Positions 19,517-28,479 of a stretch of 64,000 nucleotides of DNA are shown one piece after another. This DNA comes from Nanobdellota archaeon (GTDB taxonomy: Archaea; Nanobdellota; Nanobdellia; Woesearchaeales; GW2011-AR4): contig JBBSWH010000005.1 in the NCBI GenBank assembly GCA_038046385.1, positions 68,669 to 132,668 on the forward strand, in the 5' to 3' direction. The notes below the pieces were generated by a model. It saw only the letters and a program-made list of their open reading frames with translations. It searched no databases and was not told the DNA's origin. The translations under genes were made by a program, and so were the position numbers. The stretch's first letter is position 1. Every line of letters begins with the position of its first letter.

Positions 19517-19894
19517 TTTAATCTCCCCCTTTGTCCCTAGCCATTGCGGTTGTATATATCACAACATAAACATCGGATTACCGAAATGCTTATATTGCCC
19601 CTCCACTAAACTCCATTTAGAATTAGCTTATGCCAATAAGCTGGTTTAAAACCGTTTTATAGTTTTTAACGTACAAGAAAACTAGATAGTACAAAACAAG
19701 TCCGATTTGAGCTGCTTTTCGCCAAAAAAGCTGCTTTAGTTGAGTTTTTCGCCAAAAAAACTCATAATTAATCTTTTCTTATTTTATTAACAATGTCATG
19801 ATTGATTTATAAAGATTTCTTGGGTTAAATATGTATATTGGTTCATATACTTTAATAAGAAAATACTTTAATTGAAGGTTTATTACTCCTTCTT

Positions 19895-20350
19895 ATGGGG
19901 TTGGCAGACGTGGTTCAGGCAGAAGAAGCTATAGGTAGAATGATAACATTGATTACAGGTGTAGCTCACAAACCGGTTTTTGTAGGAGTTTACGGAAGTG
20001 CCAATCATGGCAAAACTCATTTTTCAAGAAGAGTTCAAAAAGAAAGATGGGATAGTGCCAATAGTGTAGTTAGGGTGTTGAATGGACCAGAAGAATTTGG
20101 GCACTATAGCATTGTGGATACTTACCTCATTAATATTACATTGACTGATCCTGCAAACAGACACGGAAAGTCTTCTCCAGAGAGGGATCTTAGAAAGATT
20201 GTAAAGAGAGACTATGATTTGAGCATTGCTGTGGTAAATCCAAGTTTGCATAATATTGATGTTGAAGCTTGCAGAGGATTGTATGACTTGGTTGTATTAA
20301 ATCCAAATTCAAAAGTTAAAATGCCAATTAAAGTTCCTGTAAATTTATAA
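19895..20350 (+). CDS. hypothetical protein with P-loop-like motif
   Basis: VGVYGSANHGKT. Confidence 0.6.
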   Translation: MGLADVVQAEEAIGRMITLITGVAHKPVFVGVYGSANHGKTHFSRRVQKERWDSANSVVRVLNGPEEFGHYSIVDTYLINITLTDPANRHGKSSPERDLRKIVKRDYDLSIAVVNPSLHNIDVEACRGLYDLVVLNPNSKVKMPIKVPVNL

Positions 20351-20372
20351 ATTAAGTTATAATACTACATCT

Positions 20373-21125
20373 ATGGCGCTTTATTTCATAGGAATTGGAC
20401 TTAACAACGAAAAAGACATCACTCTTAATGGCCTTGAAGCTGTTAAGAAATGCGATGTTGTTTATCTGGAGAACTATACTTCTGTTTTGAATGTTAAAAA
20501 GGAGAAGCTTGAAGAGTTGTATGGAAAGAAAATAGTGTTGGCAAGAAGGACGCTTGTTGAAGCTGACAATAATGAGATAATTAAGAATGCTGCATCAAGG
20601 AATGTTGCTTTTTTGGTTGCAGGAGATTCTCTTTCTGCAACAACGCATATTGATTTATGGATGAGGGCGAAGAAAGAAAACGTGAAGTGTTTTATTATTC
20701 ACAATGCTTCAATACTGACTGCAATCGGCGTTACCGGTTTGCAGCTGTATAAGTTTGGGAAAACAACTTCAATTCCTTTGGCTAATGAGAATGTTGAAAC
20801 GCCTTATGATGTTTTGAAAGGAAACTTAAGCCTTGGATTGCATACTTTGTTTTTGCTTGATCTTAATCCGGAAGAAAATCAGTTTATGGGTGTTGGAGAT
20901 GCACTTCGGTATCTGCTCAAGATTGAATTAAAACGGAATGAAAAGCTGATTTCTGAAAAAACAATCTGTGTTGGATGCGCAAGGGTAGGAAGCGAGACGC
21001 AATCGATAAAAGCCGGAATGGTGAAAGATGTGCTGAAGCATAATTTCGGAAAATCCGTGCAGTGTTTGATAATACCGGGAAAGATGCACTTCATGGAAGA
21101 AGAAGCGCTGCAGATGTGGAAATGA
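20373..21125 (+). CDS. dph5: diphthine synthase
   Basis: LYFIGIGL, LENYTS, ATTH, GLQLYKFGKTTSI, GLHTLFLLD. Confidence 0.95.
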   Translation: MALYFIGIGLNNEKDITLNGLEAVKKCDVVYLENYTSVLNVKKEKLEELYGKKIVLARRTLVEADNNEIIKNAASRNVAFLVAGDSLSATTHIDLWMRAKKENVKCFIIHNASILTAIGVTGLQLYKFGKTTSIPLANENVETPYDVLKGNLSLGLHTLFLLDLNPEENQFMGVGDALRYLLKIELKRNEKLISEKTICVGCARVGSETQSIKAGMVKDVLKHNFGKSVQCLIIPGKMHFMEEEALQMWK

Positions 21126-21176
21126 CCACTGGACATCCCTGCCTAAGATATTTAAACTAATTCTTCGTCTTAAACT

Positions 21177-21301
21177 GAAAAAGAGAACACGCAAAACTGC
21201 CAAATTAAGCCTTTTGATTACATCAAAATCCTTTTACGCAGTTTCGCTTAACATTCTCTTTTTCCTGAATTCCAAAGTTCCAAAAGGTTAGAAACTTTGG
21301 A
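21177..21301 (+). promoter_or_regulatory. structured 5' leader of LAGLIDADG gene 1
   Basis: TATA-like atatttaaa at ~21150; stems aaaaagagaa/ttctcttttt, aaactgc/gcagttt, ttttgat/atcaaaa; tccaaagtt/aactttgga overlaps the GGAGGT SD. Confidence 0.6.
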
Positions 21302-21312
21302 GGTTGATTAAA

Positions 21313-22023
21313 ATGATACAGAAAACGAAAGAAGAGTATTTGAAAGAACATAAGAATTGGGGCAGTATTAAACTTATCAATTTTCCCGAAAAGAATGAAA
21401 GATTGGCAGAGCTTGTCGGCATAATTCTTGGTGATGGTAACCTACATGTTTATACAAAAGGTAGTAATGTGGGAACTTATTCTTTAAGAATAGCTGGAAA
21501 TTACATAAAAGATCATGAATATCTTACAAATTATGTGGCTAGTTTGTGCAAAGACTTGTTTATGGTTAAGCCTAGGACATACAAACAGCCAAATGTAAAT
21601 TGCATTTATCTTATAATTGATGGTAGGCTAATTATAGATTTTTTAATTGAGATTGGATTAAAAAGCGGCAACAAAATAAAAAGTCAAGTTACAATACCCG
21701 ATTGGATTATGGAAAATAATGAATATCTTAAATCATGCATAAGGGGATTGATAGATACCGATGGCTGCGTTTATGAAATGCTGCCTCATTGGCCAGGCTT
21801 GTTCCAGATTAATTTTGAGAACAGAAACATAACTTTGTTGAGAGATACAAGAGAGGCTTTGATAAAGCTAGGCTATCACCCTTCTAAAATTTGTGGCAAT
21901 AGAACGCAATTCGGAACTAAAATTTATATCTCTCGAAAGGAAGAAATCAAAAGATTTTATAAAGAGATTGGGTCTAGCAACGATAGGAATATAAAACAAT
22001 TCACTAAAGTGTTTAACTCATAG
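21313..22023 (+). CDS. free-standing two-motif LAGLIDADG homing endonuclease
   Basis: LAELVGIILGDG and CIRGLIDTDG; no intein splice residues; stop codon overlaps the first 2 nt of tRNA-Gln; alternative TTG start at 21304. Confidence 0.87.
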   Translation: MIQKTKEEYLKEHKNWGSIKLINFPEKNERLAELVGIILGDGNLHVYTKGSNVGTYSLRIAGNYIKDHEYLTNYVASLCKDLFMVKPRTYKQPNVNCIYLIIDGRLIIDFLIEIGLKSGNKIKSQVTIPDWIMENNEYLKSCIRGLIDTDGCVYEMLPHWPGLFQINFENRNITLLRDTREALIKLGYHPSKICGNRTQFGTKIYISRKEEIKRFYKEIGSSNDRNIKQFTKVFNS

Positions 22024-22112
22024 CCCCGTAGTCTAGCGGTCACTTGAATAAAGCTGCAGAAGGATTCGGCCCTTTGGAGGCTGAGGCGGCAGTTCGAATC
22101 TGCCCGGGGCTA
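22022..22112 (+). tRNA. tRNA-Gln(TTG) with an 18-nt D-loop intron (~22042-22059)
   Basis: Acceptor AGCCCCG/CGGGGCT; anticodon arm CGGCC-CTTTGGA-GGCTG; BHB with central helix GCGG/CTGC and TCA, AGA bulges. Confidence 0.9.
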
Positions 22113-22176
22113 TATTTTAATTTTCTCTTGATTATGGGCAATACTTAGATATACCTTACCAATATTTCTCTAAACT

Positions 22177-22548
22177 ATGTCCGTTATAATCAAGAAATCA
22201 AAAATACAGGGGAAAGGTGTATTTGCTGGTTCTAACTTTAGAAAAGGAGATGTTGTGATGAAATGGGATGCTTCCATGATGTTAAGCAAAAAGGAAGCCA
22301 AAAAAGTACCTATTCGATATAGGAAATATCTTGTGCTTTACAAAGGGAAGTTTATAGTATCGCAGTCTCCTGAAAAATATCTTAATCATTCCTGTAATCC
22401 GAATACAAAGGAAGGAAATCTCTGCGATATTGCGATTAGAAGCATAAAAAGGGGAGAAGAACTTACAACAGACTATTCGATTGATGCTAAAGATTACCTT
22501 AAAATGAAGTGCAACTGCAAAAGTGAGAAGTGCAAGAAGATAGTGTGA
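22177..22548 (+). CDS. second SET-domain protein
   Basis: SKIQGKGVFA, YLNHSCNPN, GEELTTDY, CNCKSEKC. Confidence 0.88.
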   Translation: MSVIIKKSKIQGKGVFAGSNFRKGDVVMKWDASMMLSKKEAKKVPIRYRKYLVLYKGKFIVSQSPEKYLNHSCNPNTKEGNLCDIAIRSIKRGEELTTDYSIDAKDYLKMKCNCKSEKCKKIV

Positions 22549-22621
22549 AATTTACAAATAGTGTAAATATAAAAGAAGCTAAACGGTAACATTTACAAAG
22601 ACTGGTTAATTATCCATTTAC

Positions 22622-22741
22622 ATGAAAAAGAAAAAAATGTTTCAAAGAATAATGGAAAAGATTGACAAAAACCTGAAAGACAAGGCTAAAAAGAAAAGCT
22701 GCTGCAGCTGCAAGATGAAAGATGCTGGAAAGAATAAGTGA
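22622..22741 (+). CDS. putative 39-aa basic Cys-cluster peptide
   Basis: MKKKKMFQRIMEKIDKNLKDKAKKKSCCSCKMKDAGKNK*; overlaps the permease start. Confidence 0.5.
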   Translation: MKKKKMFQRIMEKIDKNLKDKAKKKSCCSCKMKDAGKNK

Positions 22742-23636
22742 AGTGTTCAATAGCGGCTTTTTTAGCTATTTTGTATATGAATCCCTCAAGATATTAATAC
22801 TGCTGTTCTTAGTAATTTTTATCATAGGTTTTTTAAGGTCGTACATATCTGCAAAAAAGCTCAATTCCTGGCTTAAGGGAAAGAGCAAGATTGTTGCGCA
22901 TTTTGTTGCGTCTATGTTCGGGGCAATAACCCCTTTCTGTTCATGCTCGTCAATCCCTATCTTTATGGGATTCCTTGAAGCAAGGATGCCGCTTGGGATT
23001 GCATTTTCCTTCTTAGTTACTTCTCCTTTGGTAAATGAGTATCTCGTTGTCCTTATGCTGGCCCTTTTTGGAGTTAAAATAACCGTAATATATGTCCTTA
23101 TCGGCATTCTTCTGGGAGTTGTTGCCGGAATTATACTCGGATGGATGAAACTTGAAAAATACCTTGTTAAAGATATTGCAGACAGGGCTCAAAAAATTGT
23201 TAAATTCAGAAATTTCAGGGAAAGGGTTGGCTTTGGATTTGGCGAGGCAAAAGATATAACAAAAAAGATTTTCCTGTGGGTTATTGTTGGAGTTTTCTTT
23301 GGAGCACTCATCCATAATGCAGTTCCTGAAGATTTTATCAGAACGGCAATAAGCAAGGCAGGAATTTTTGGGGTCCCTATTGCAACATTGCTTGGAGTTC
23401 CGATTTACGGCAGCAGCGCTGCAATGCTCCCGATTACATCTGGATTATACAATAAAGGAGTTCCTTTGGGGACTGCATTTGCCTTTATGATGGCAGTTTC
23501 TGCGCTTAGCTTTCCTGAAGCAGTCATACTGAGAAGAAGCATGAAACTGAAGCTAATAGCAATATTTTTCGGGATTGTTGCACTCGGAATTATTTTTGTC
23601 GGATATGCATTAAATTTTGTTCAGTGGATGGTATAG
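22722..23636 (+). CDS. ArsP/DUF318-family permease
   Basis: TPFCSCSSIP, FLVTSPLVN, GVPLGTAFAFMM, SFPE; multiple TM helices. Confidence 0.9.
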   Translation: MLERISEVFNSGFFSYFVYESLKILILLFLVIFIIGFLRSYISAKKLNSWLKGKSKIVAHFVASMFGAITPFCSCSSIPIFMGFLEARMPLGIAFSFLVTSPLVNEYLVVLMLALFGVKITVIYVLIGILLGVVAGIILGWMKLEKYLVKDIADRAQKIVKFRNFRERVGFGFGEAKDITKKIFLWVIVGVFFGALIHNAVPEDFIRTAISKAGIFGVPIATLLGVPIYGSSAAMLPITSGLYNKGVPLGTAFAFMMAVSALSFPEAVILRRSMKLKLIAIFFGIVALGIIFVGYALNFVQWMV

Positions 23637-23684
23637 AAAAGCTTTTATTCTGCCTTAAACACCATGCTATTGGGGTGCATTGAA

Positions 23685-24434
23685 ATGGTATGGACATATA
23701 TTTTATTGGGCATTGCTGCAGTTATAGTATTAAGTTCTATAAAGATAATCGACCAGTTTGAAAAGGGAGTTGTTCTTACTTTGGGAAAGTTCAGCGGAAT
23801 GAGAGGGCCGGGATTTAATCTTGTTGTTCCGATAATACAAAGAATCGTTATTGTTGACTTGAGAATAAGGACGATTGACATTGAAAAGCAGCAGGTTATG
23901 ACAAAAGATAACGTGCCTGTTAATGTTAACGGAGTTGTGTTCTTTAAAGTTGCAAAGGTTGATGATGCTGTCCTGAAGATACAGGATTATGAATATTCTT
24001 TGTCGCAGTATGCGCAGACTGCACTTAGAGATGTTGTCGGCGGAATGAGCCTGGATATGGTTTTGACTGAAAGGCAAAAGATAGGTGAAGAGATAAGCAA
24101 GATTGTTGACAAAGAAACTGACCAGTGGGGTTTGGACATTCAAACCATAAAATTGCAGGATGTTGAAGTTCCTGATGACTTGAAAAGAATTATGTCAAGG
24201 CAGGCTGCTGCTGAAAGAGAAAAGAGAGCTGTAATTATCAAATCAGAAGGTGACAGGGATGCTGCAAAGAATCTTGCTCAGGCTGCAACAACAATGGGAA
24301 GAGCAAAAGGCGCGATGCAATTACGAACGCTGCAGACGCTTGACGGGCTTGGACCGACTGCTTCCAACACTGTTGTGATGGCACTTCCGGTTGAAGTGAT
24401 GGAAATGTTTCAGAAGCTGGCGAAGAAGAAGTGA
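23685..24434 (+). CDS. SPFH/stomatin family protein
   Basis: N-terminal TM, TKDNVPVNV, AQTALRDVVG, RQAAAEREKRA, MQLRTLQTL. Confidence 0.92.
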   Translation: MVWTYILLGIAAVIVLSSIKIIDQFEKGVVLTLGKFSGMRGPGFNLVVPIIQRIVIVDLRIRTIDIEKQQVMTKDNVPVNVNGVVFFKVAKVDDAVLKIQDYEYSLSQYAQTALRDVVGGMSLDMVLTERQKIGEEISKIVDKETDQWGLDIQTIKLQDVEVPDDLKRIMSRQAAAEREKRAVIIKSEGDRDAAKNLAQAATTMGRAKGAMQLRTLQTLDGLGPTASNTVVMALPVEVMEMFQKLAKKK

Positions 24435-24653
24435 GTGAAATATAAAATAATGGGAAAAGAAATTAAACTTAACGACAATCAGGTTTGGACAGGGGTAGTT
24501 GGAGGAGTTATCGCTGGTATGATTTTAATAATTTCAGACTCCTTTGGAGAAATGTTTTCAGGAGGAATAAAAATTATTATAAAATTAGGATTAGCAATAG
24601 TAATAACAATGGTTTTAATGGTGTTGTACCTTAAACCAAAAAATAAAAATTAG
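24435..24653 (+). CDS. small two-TM hypothetical protein
   Basis: Two hydrophobic segments directly after the stomatin gene. Confidence 0.6.
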   Translation: MKYKIMGKEIKLNDNQVWTGVVGGVIAGMILIISDSFGEMFSGGIKIIIKLGLAIVITMVLMVLYLKPKNKN

Positions 24654-24800
24654 AATATACAGAATTCACTCAACAACAACCTTTTTAAACCCTATAATTA
24701 TCCCATATAGTATAACAAAGATAGCTCGGTGAAAGCTTGGCTATACTGGGTAGAAAGTGATTTCTCCCTAATATTAACTAAAACAACACGAGGTTGAACT

Positions 24801-25256
24801 ATGGCAAGAATGTATTCAAGGAAGCACGGAAAGTCAGGGTCAAAGAAGCCTGCAAAGAAGGTAAATCCGTCATGGACAAGATACAAGGGAAAGGAAGTTG
24901 AGCTTCTTATCGGAAAGCTTTACAAGGAAGGAAAGCCAGCATCACAGATTGGACTATTATTAAGAGATACTTACGGAATACCAAGCGTAAGAACACTGTG
25001 CGGCAAGTCAATTCACGCAATTCTTGAGGAAAAGAAAATGGTTGCTGAAATTCCTGAAGATTTACAGGCTATGTTCAAGAAATACGCGCTTGTGAAGAAG
25101 CACATTGTCACAAACAAGAAAGACCAGACTGCTGCTAGAGGATTAAACATAACAGCCTCAAAAATAAACAAGCTTGTAAAATATTACAAGAGAAAAGGCA
25201 GAATGGCAGAGACGTGGAAGTTCGACGCTGACAGAATGGGATTCTTCGCGGAATAA
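24801..25256 (+). CDS. rps15: 30S ribosomal protein uS15 (S15P/S13e)
   Basis: MARMYSRKHGKSGS, IGLLLRDTYGIP, PEDL, LVKYYK. Confidence 0.96.
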   Translation: MARMYSRKHGKSGSKKPAKKVNPSWTRYKGKEVELLIGKLYKEGKPASQIGLLLRDTYGIPSVRTLCGKSIHAILEEKKMVAEIPEDLQAMFKKYALVKKHIVTNKKDQTAARGLNITASKINKLVKYYKRKGRMAETWKFDADRMGFFAE

Positions 25257-25281
25257 ATTCCGCTTTTTTTTATTTTTTACC

Positions 25282-25758
25282 ATGTCAAGATCAAAGGCAA
25301 GTGAACATGGAAAATATTTAAGATTGGCTTACTTTAGAAGCATAGACGGCGCTGTGACCCATTCAGGCATGGTAAATGATGGCAATTTTGAAGGCTTGCC
25401 GCAAGAATTCTTTGCCCAGTTGTCTGAAAAAGGATTTGGATTCAGAAGCCTTGACGGCCAGCTTTATTCTGGGTTGGGCACACAAAGAATGTTTGATGAA
25501 GTTGCGTCTGTCCCTTCTGCTTCAATAGGCGGCCTTGAAGTCAGGACAATAAATGGGTTTAACATATTCCATAGCCAAAAAAATGATGCGACTTTGATTG
25601 TGATAACCAAAGATGGAGTGAATTATGTGCTGCTAAATGCAGATTTCGGGCACGGGCCAGAGACTTGCGCAGTCATGGCAGACAAGCCTACTTATTCACA
25701 ACCACTTTTGCTTCATCAGGTTTTGAAAAGAGTATATAACTCAAAAACTAAGAGTTAG
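25282..25758 (+). CDS. hypothetical protein
   Basis: 158 aa ORF filling the gap; no motif recognised. Confidence 0.65.
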   Translation: MSRSKASEHGKYLRLAYFRSIDGAVTHSGMVNDGNFEGLPQEFFAQLSEKGFGFRSLDGQLYSGLGTQRMFDEVASVPSASIGGLEVRTINGFNIFHSQKNDATLIVITKDGVNYVLLNADFGHGPETCAVMADKPTYSQPLLLHQVLKRVYNSKTKS

Positions 25759-26416
25759 CCATTTCCTTTATTTTTCCGTATTCTTTCAAACTTGATAACG
25801 TCAAATCTGCTGTTTTTTGAAGCTCCTGCAAAGTGCAGCTTCCGGTTGCGACTCCAACAGCAAATGCGCCTGATTTTTTTGCAGCTTCGATGTCATATGC
25901 AGTATCTCCAATGACAATAATTTTTCCGAAATCGTATTTCATTGATTTTGCCCGTTCTATTGCTCTTTGGACTATCTGAGCCCTTGTGCTTAATCCGTCG
26001 TCAAAGCTCGAAACGTCAAAATATTTTGACAATCCGGATTTTTCGAGTATGAGCCTTGCAATTCCTTCCATGTTGCCGGAAACAACGCCTGCAAAATGGC
26101 CTGCTGAGCGGATTGCTTCAAGAAAATCAAGAACGCCTTCAAGCGGCTCCACAGGGTGCTGGCCAAGCACTTTTGCAAAGTTAGAAGGATGAAGCTGCAT
26201 CAGCCTCTGTGCAACTGCGTTGTCATAATTAATGCTTAATTCCCTGAAAATCTGCCTGTGCATGCTTGAGTCAGGCATGCCGAATGTCTTTGTTATCATA
26301 TAGTCTGGCACGTTTATTTTCATAACGTCGTAATAATCGTACTTGTATGAAGCAAGATGCAGCTTGTTTATGTTCACAAGCGTTCCGTCAATGTCGAATA
26401 AGTAAAGGGTTTTCAT
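25748..26416 (-). CDS. HAD-family hydrolase, last gene of the MEP cluster
   Basis: FDIDGTL, VSGN, IGDTAYDIEAA; starts 1 nt after the ispH stop. Confidence 0.9.
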   Translation of the reverse strand: MKTLYLFDIDGTLVNINKLHLASYKYDYYDVMKINVPDYMITKTFGMPDSSMHRQIFRELSINYDNAVAQRLMQLHPSNFAKVLGQHPVEPLEGVLDFLEAIRSAGHFAGVVSGNMEGIARLILEKSGLSKYFDVSSFDDGLSTRAQIVQRAIERAKSMKYDFGKIIVIGDTAYDIEAAKKSGAFAVGVATGSCTLQELQKTADLTLSSLKEYGKIKEMANS

Positions 26417-26417
26417 T

Positions 26418-27347
26418 TTAAGAATTTGTTATTTCTTTTATTCTTTCAACAACTTCATCAATAAGATAATCCGGTGTTGATGCGCCTGCTGTGACTCCGA
26501 TTTTTTCTTTTCTGGCAAACCATCCTTTCTGCAATTGGCCTTGAGACTGGATGAAATAAGACTGGACGCCGAACTCTTTGCATTTTGTATGGAGTTCTTT
26601 TGAATTTGAAGAATTCAAGCCGCCGATTACAATTACAACGTCGCTTTCCTTGGCAAGGTCTTCTGTATCTGATTGCCTTTGTTTTGTGGGATTGCATATT
26701 GTGTCAACCCATGCGTATTTTGCATTTGTTTCCTTCATGCTCAAAGGGATATTCTCAAACTTTCCGCTTTTCATCTTTGAGTTTGTTTCATCAATCAGCT
26801 TCTTGTAGCCGTAGACCGACATTGTTGTCTGCGATATTATAGCATACTTGCCGTATTCTGCCTTATTGATGAAATCAACAATCCTGTCAGAGTCTTCTGC
26901 ATGCTCCACAATGAATGTGTCTTTGCCTTTTAGATGATAAGATGTGCCGATTGATTCCGGATGGTCGTGCTTTCCAAAGATTATGACTTCGTAGCCTGCA
27001 TTCTTCAATTTTATTGCAACATTATGCACCAAAGTGACTAGAGGGCAGGTTGCATCGTTCAGGTTATTGCTTTTAGTAATTGATTTCTGCTCAAGAATCT
27101 GGTAAGTTGTTCCTGGTTCGCCATGAGCTCTAAGAACAGTGACTGCGTTTTGGGGGATTTCGCTTATGCTGTCAACAAAAACAATTCCCTTGCCTTCAAG
27201 GTCGTTGATAACCCTTTCATTGTGCACAAGCTGGCCAAGAACATATGTTTTTTCTGTATTTTTTCCTGCAACTTCCTCTGCAATCTCTATTGCTTTCTTC
27301 ACTCCAAAACAGAAGCCTGCGTGCTTTGCTACTTTTATGGTTGGCAT
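26418..27347 (-). CDS. ispH: 4-hydroxy-3-methylbut-2-enyl diphosphate reductase
   Basis: GFCFGV, VHN, RAHG, DATCPLV, HPE, SQTT, DTICN, SSNS, TAGASTP. Confidence 0.96.
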   Translation of the reverse strand: MPTIKVAKHAGFCFGVKKAIEIAEEVAGKNTEKTYVLGQLVHNERVINDLEGKGIVFVDSISEIPQNAVTVLRAHGEPGTTYQILEQKSITKSNNLNDATCPLVTLVHNVAIKLKNAGYEVIIFGKHDHPESIGTSYHLKGKDTFIVEHAEDSDRIVDFINKAEYGKYAIISQTTMSVYGYKKLIDETNSKMKSGKFENIPLSMKETNAKYAWVDTICNPTKQRQSDTEDLAKESDVVIVIGGLNSSNSKELHTKCKEFGVQSYFIQSQGQLQKGWFARKEKIGVTAGASTPDYLIDEVVERIKEITNS

Positions 27348-27477
27348 TTTTTATTTAGGGTTTAATTTTAAATTATTTTATTATATTTTTATTATTTTGA
27401 TATTTTTTAGTTTATTGAATTTTTTTATTTATTGATATTCGTTAATGTGTTATTAATTTGTTTTATTAAAAATTTAT

Positions 27478-27528
27478 TTCCGTCCTTCGGACAAACTCTT
27501 GTGCTCGCTGGCACCATAACCAGCTCGC
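27478..27528. repeat. intergenic double-hairpin repeat, copy B
   Basis: ttccGTCCttcGGACa...gctcgctggcaccataaccagctcgc; last 26 nt identical to copy C. Confidence 0.8.
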
Positions 27529-27565
27529 CAAATATTATAATATGCACCCACCCCTGAATGCTTAA

Positions 27566-28414
27566 CTATACTGTTTTTGTCAAGAAGACAAATGGATAAT
27601 CGTACTGCATCTTGAAAAATGCTTCCCTTGCCTCGTAAATGCTGTTGAAAATTGCAAAAACTGTCGGGCCTGAGCCGGAAACGCATGCGTTTAATGCATC
27701 GTTTCTCATCAAATTTGATTTTATGTCGTTTAGCGCCTTGTATTTTTTTGTTACAATAGTGTCAAAATCATTATGGAGGTTTTTTGCGATTGCCTTTATG
27801 TCCTTCCTTTCCATTGCCTTAATAAGCTCATTTATATCTGCGTTAGTTTTTATTTTAGGCTTCTCCTTGTCAAATGCAGCATAAGCCCATTTTGTAGAAA
27901 CACGGAATCCTGGATTTATGAGAACGATGTTGATGCTGAAAGCCTTTTTTATTCTTTTTATCTTGTCGCCAATGCCCTCAACCAATGCAGCCTGGTCTTC
28001 AATAAAAAATGGAACATCTGAGCCAATATGAGATGCTATGTCTATGAGCTGTTTTTCCTTCAGTTTAAGGCTCCACATTTTATTAAGATGCATCAGGGCA
28101 GTTGCTGCGTTGCTTGACCCTCCGCCAAGGCCGGCTTCAAGCGGTATGTTTTTCTCGAGAAATATCTTGACACCGTGTTTTACCTTGTATTTTTTCTTTA
28201 AAATTATAGCTGCCTTGTAAGCAAGGTTTTCTTCGCTTGCCAGCTCCGGGCTGGTGCTTTCTATTATAACTCTGTCTTCGTTTATCGGCTCAAAATGGAT
28301 TGTATCGCTCAATTCGATGCGCTGCATTACAGACTGTATGTTATGGTATCCAGAGCCAAGCCTTTTGCCTATCTTGAGGAAAAGGTTGATTTTTGCATAG
28401 GAATTGATTGCCAT
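27566..28414 (-). CDS. ispE: 4-(cytidine 5'-diphospho)-2-C-methyl-D-erythritol kinase
   Basis: AKINLFL, GYHNI, KNIPLEAGLGGGSSNAA, GSDVPFF, SGSGPT. Confidence 0.96.
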   Translation of the reverse strand: MAINSYAKINLFLKIGKRLGSGYHNIQSVMQRIELSDTIHFEPINEDRVIIESTSPELASEENLAYKAAIILKKKYKVKHGVKIFLEKNIPLEAGLGGGSSNAATALMHLNKMWSLKLKEKQLIDIASHIGSDVPFFIEDQAALVEGIGDKIKRIKKAFSINIVLINPGFRVSTKWAYAAFDKEKPKIKTNADINELIKAMERKDIKAIAKNLHNDFDTIVTKKYKALNDIKSNLMRNDALNACVSGSGPTVFAIFNSIYEAREAFFKMQYDYPFVFLTKTV

Positions 28415-28479
28415 ATAGGTCTGGATGCCTTTTTCCTATATTAATATTTGCTAATTTAAAGTGCCATAATAAGCAATTT

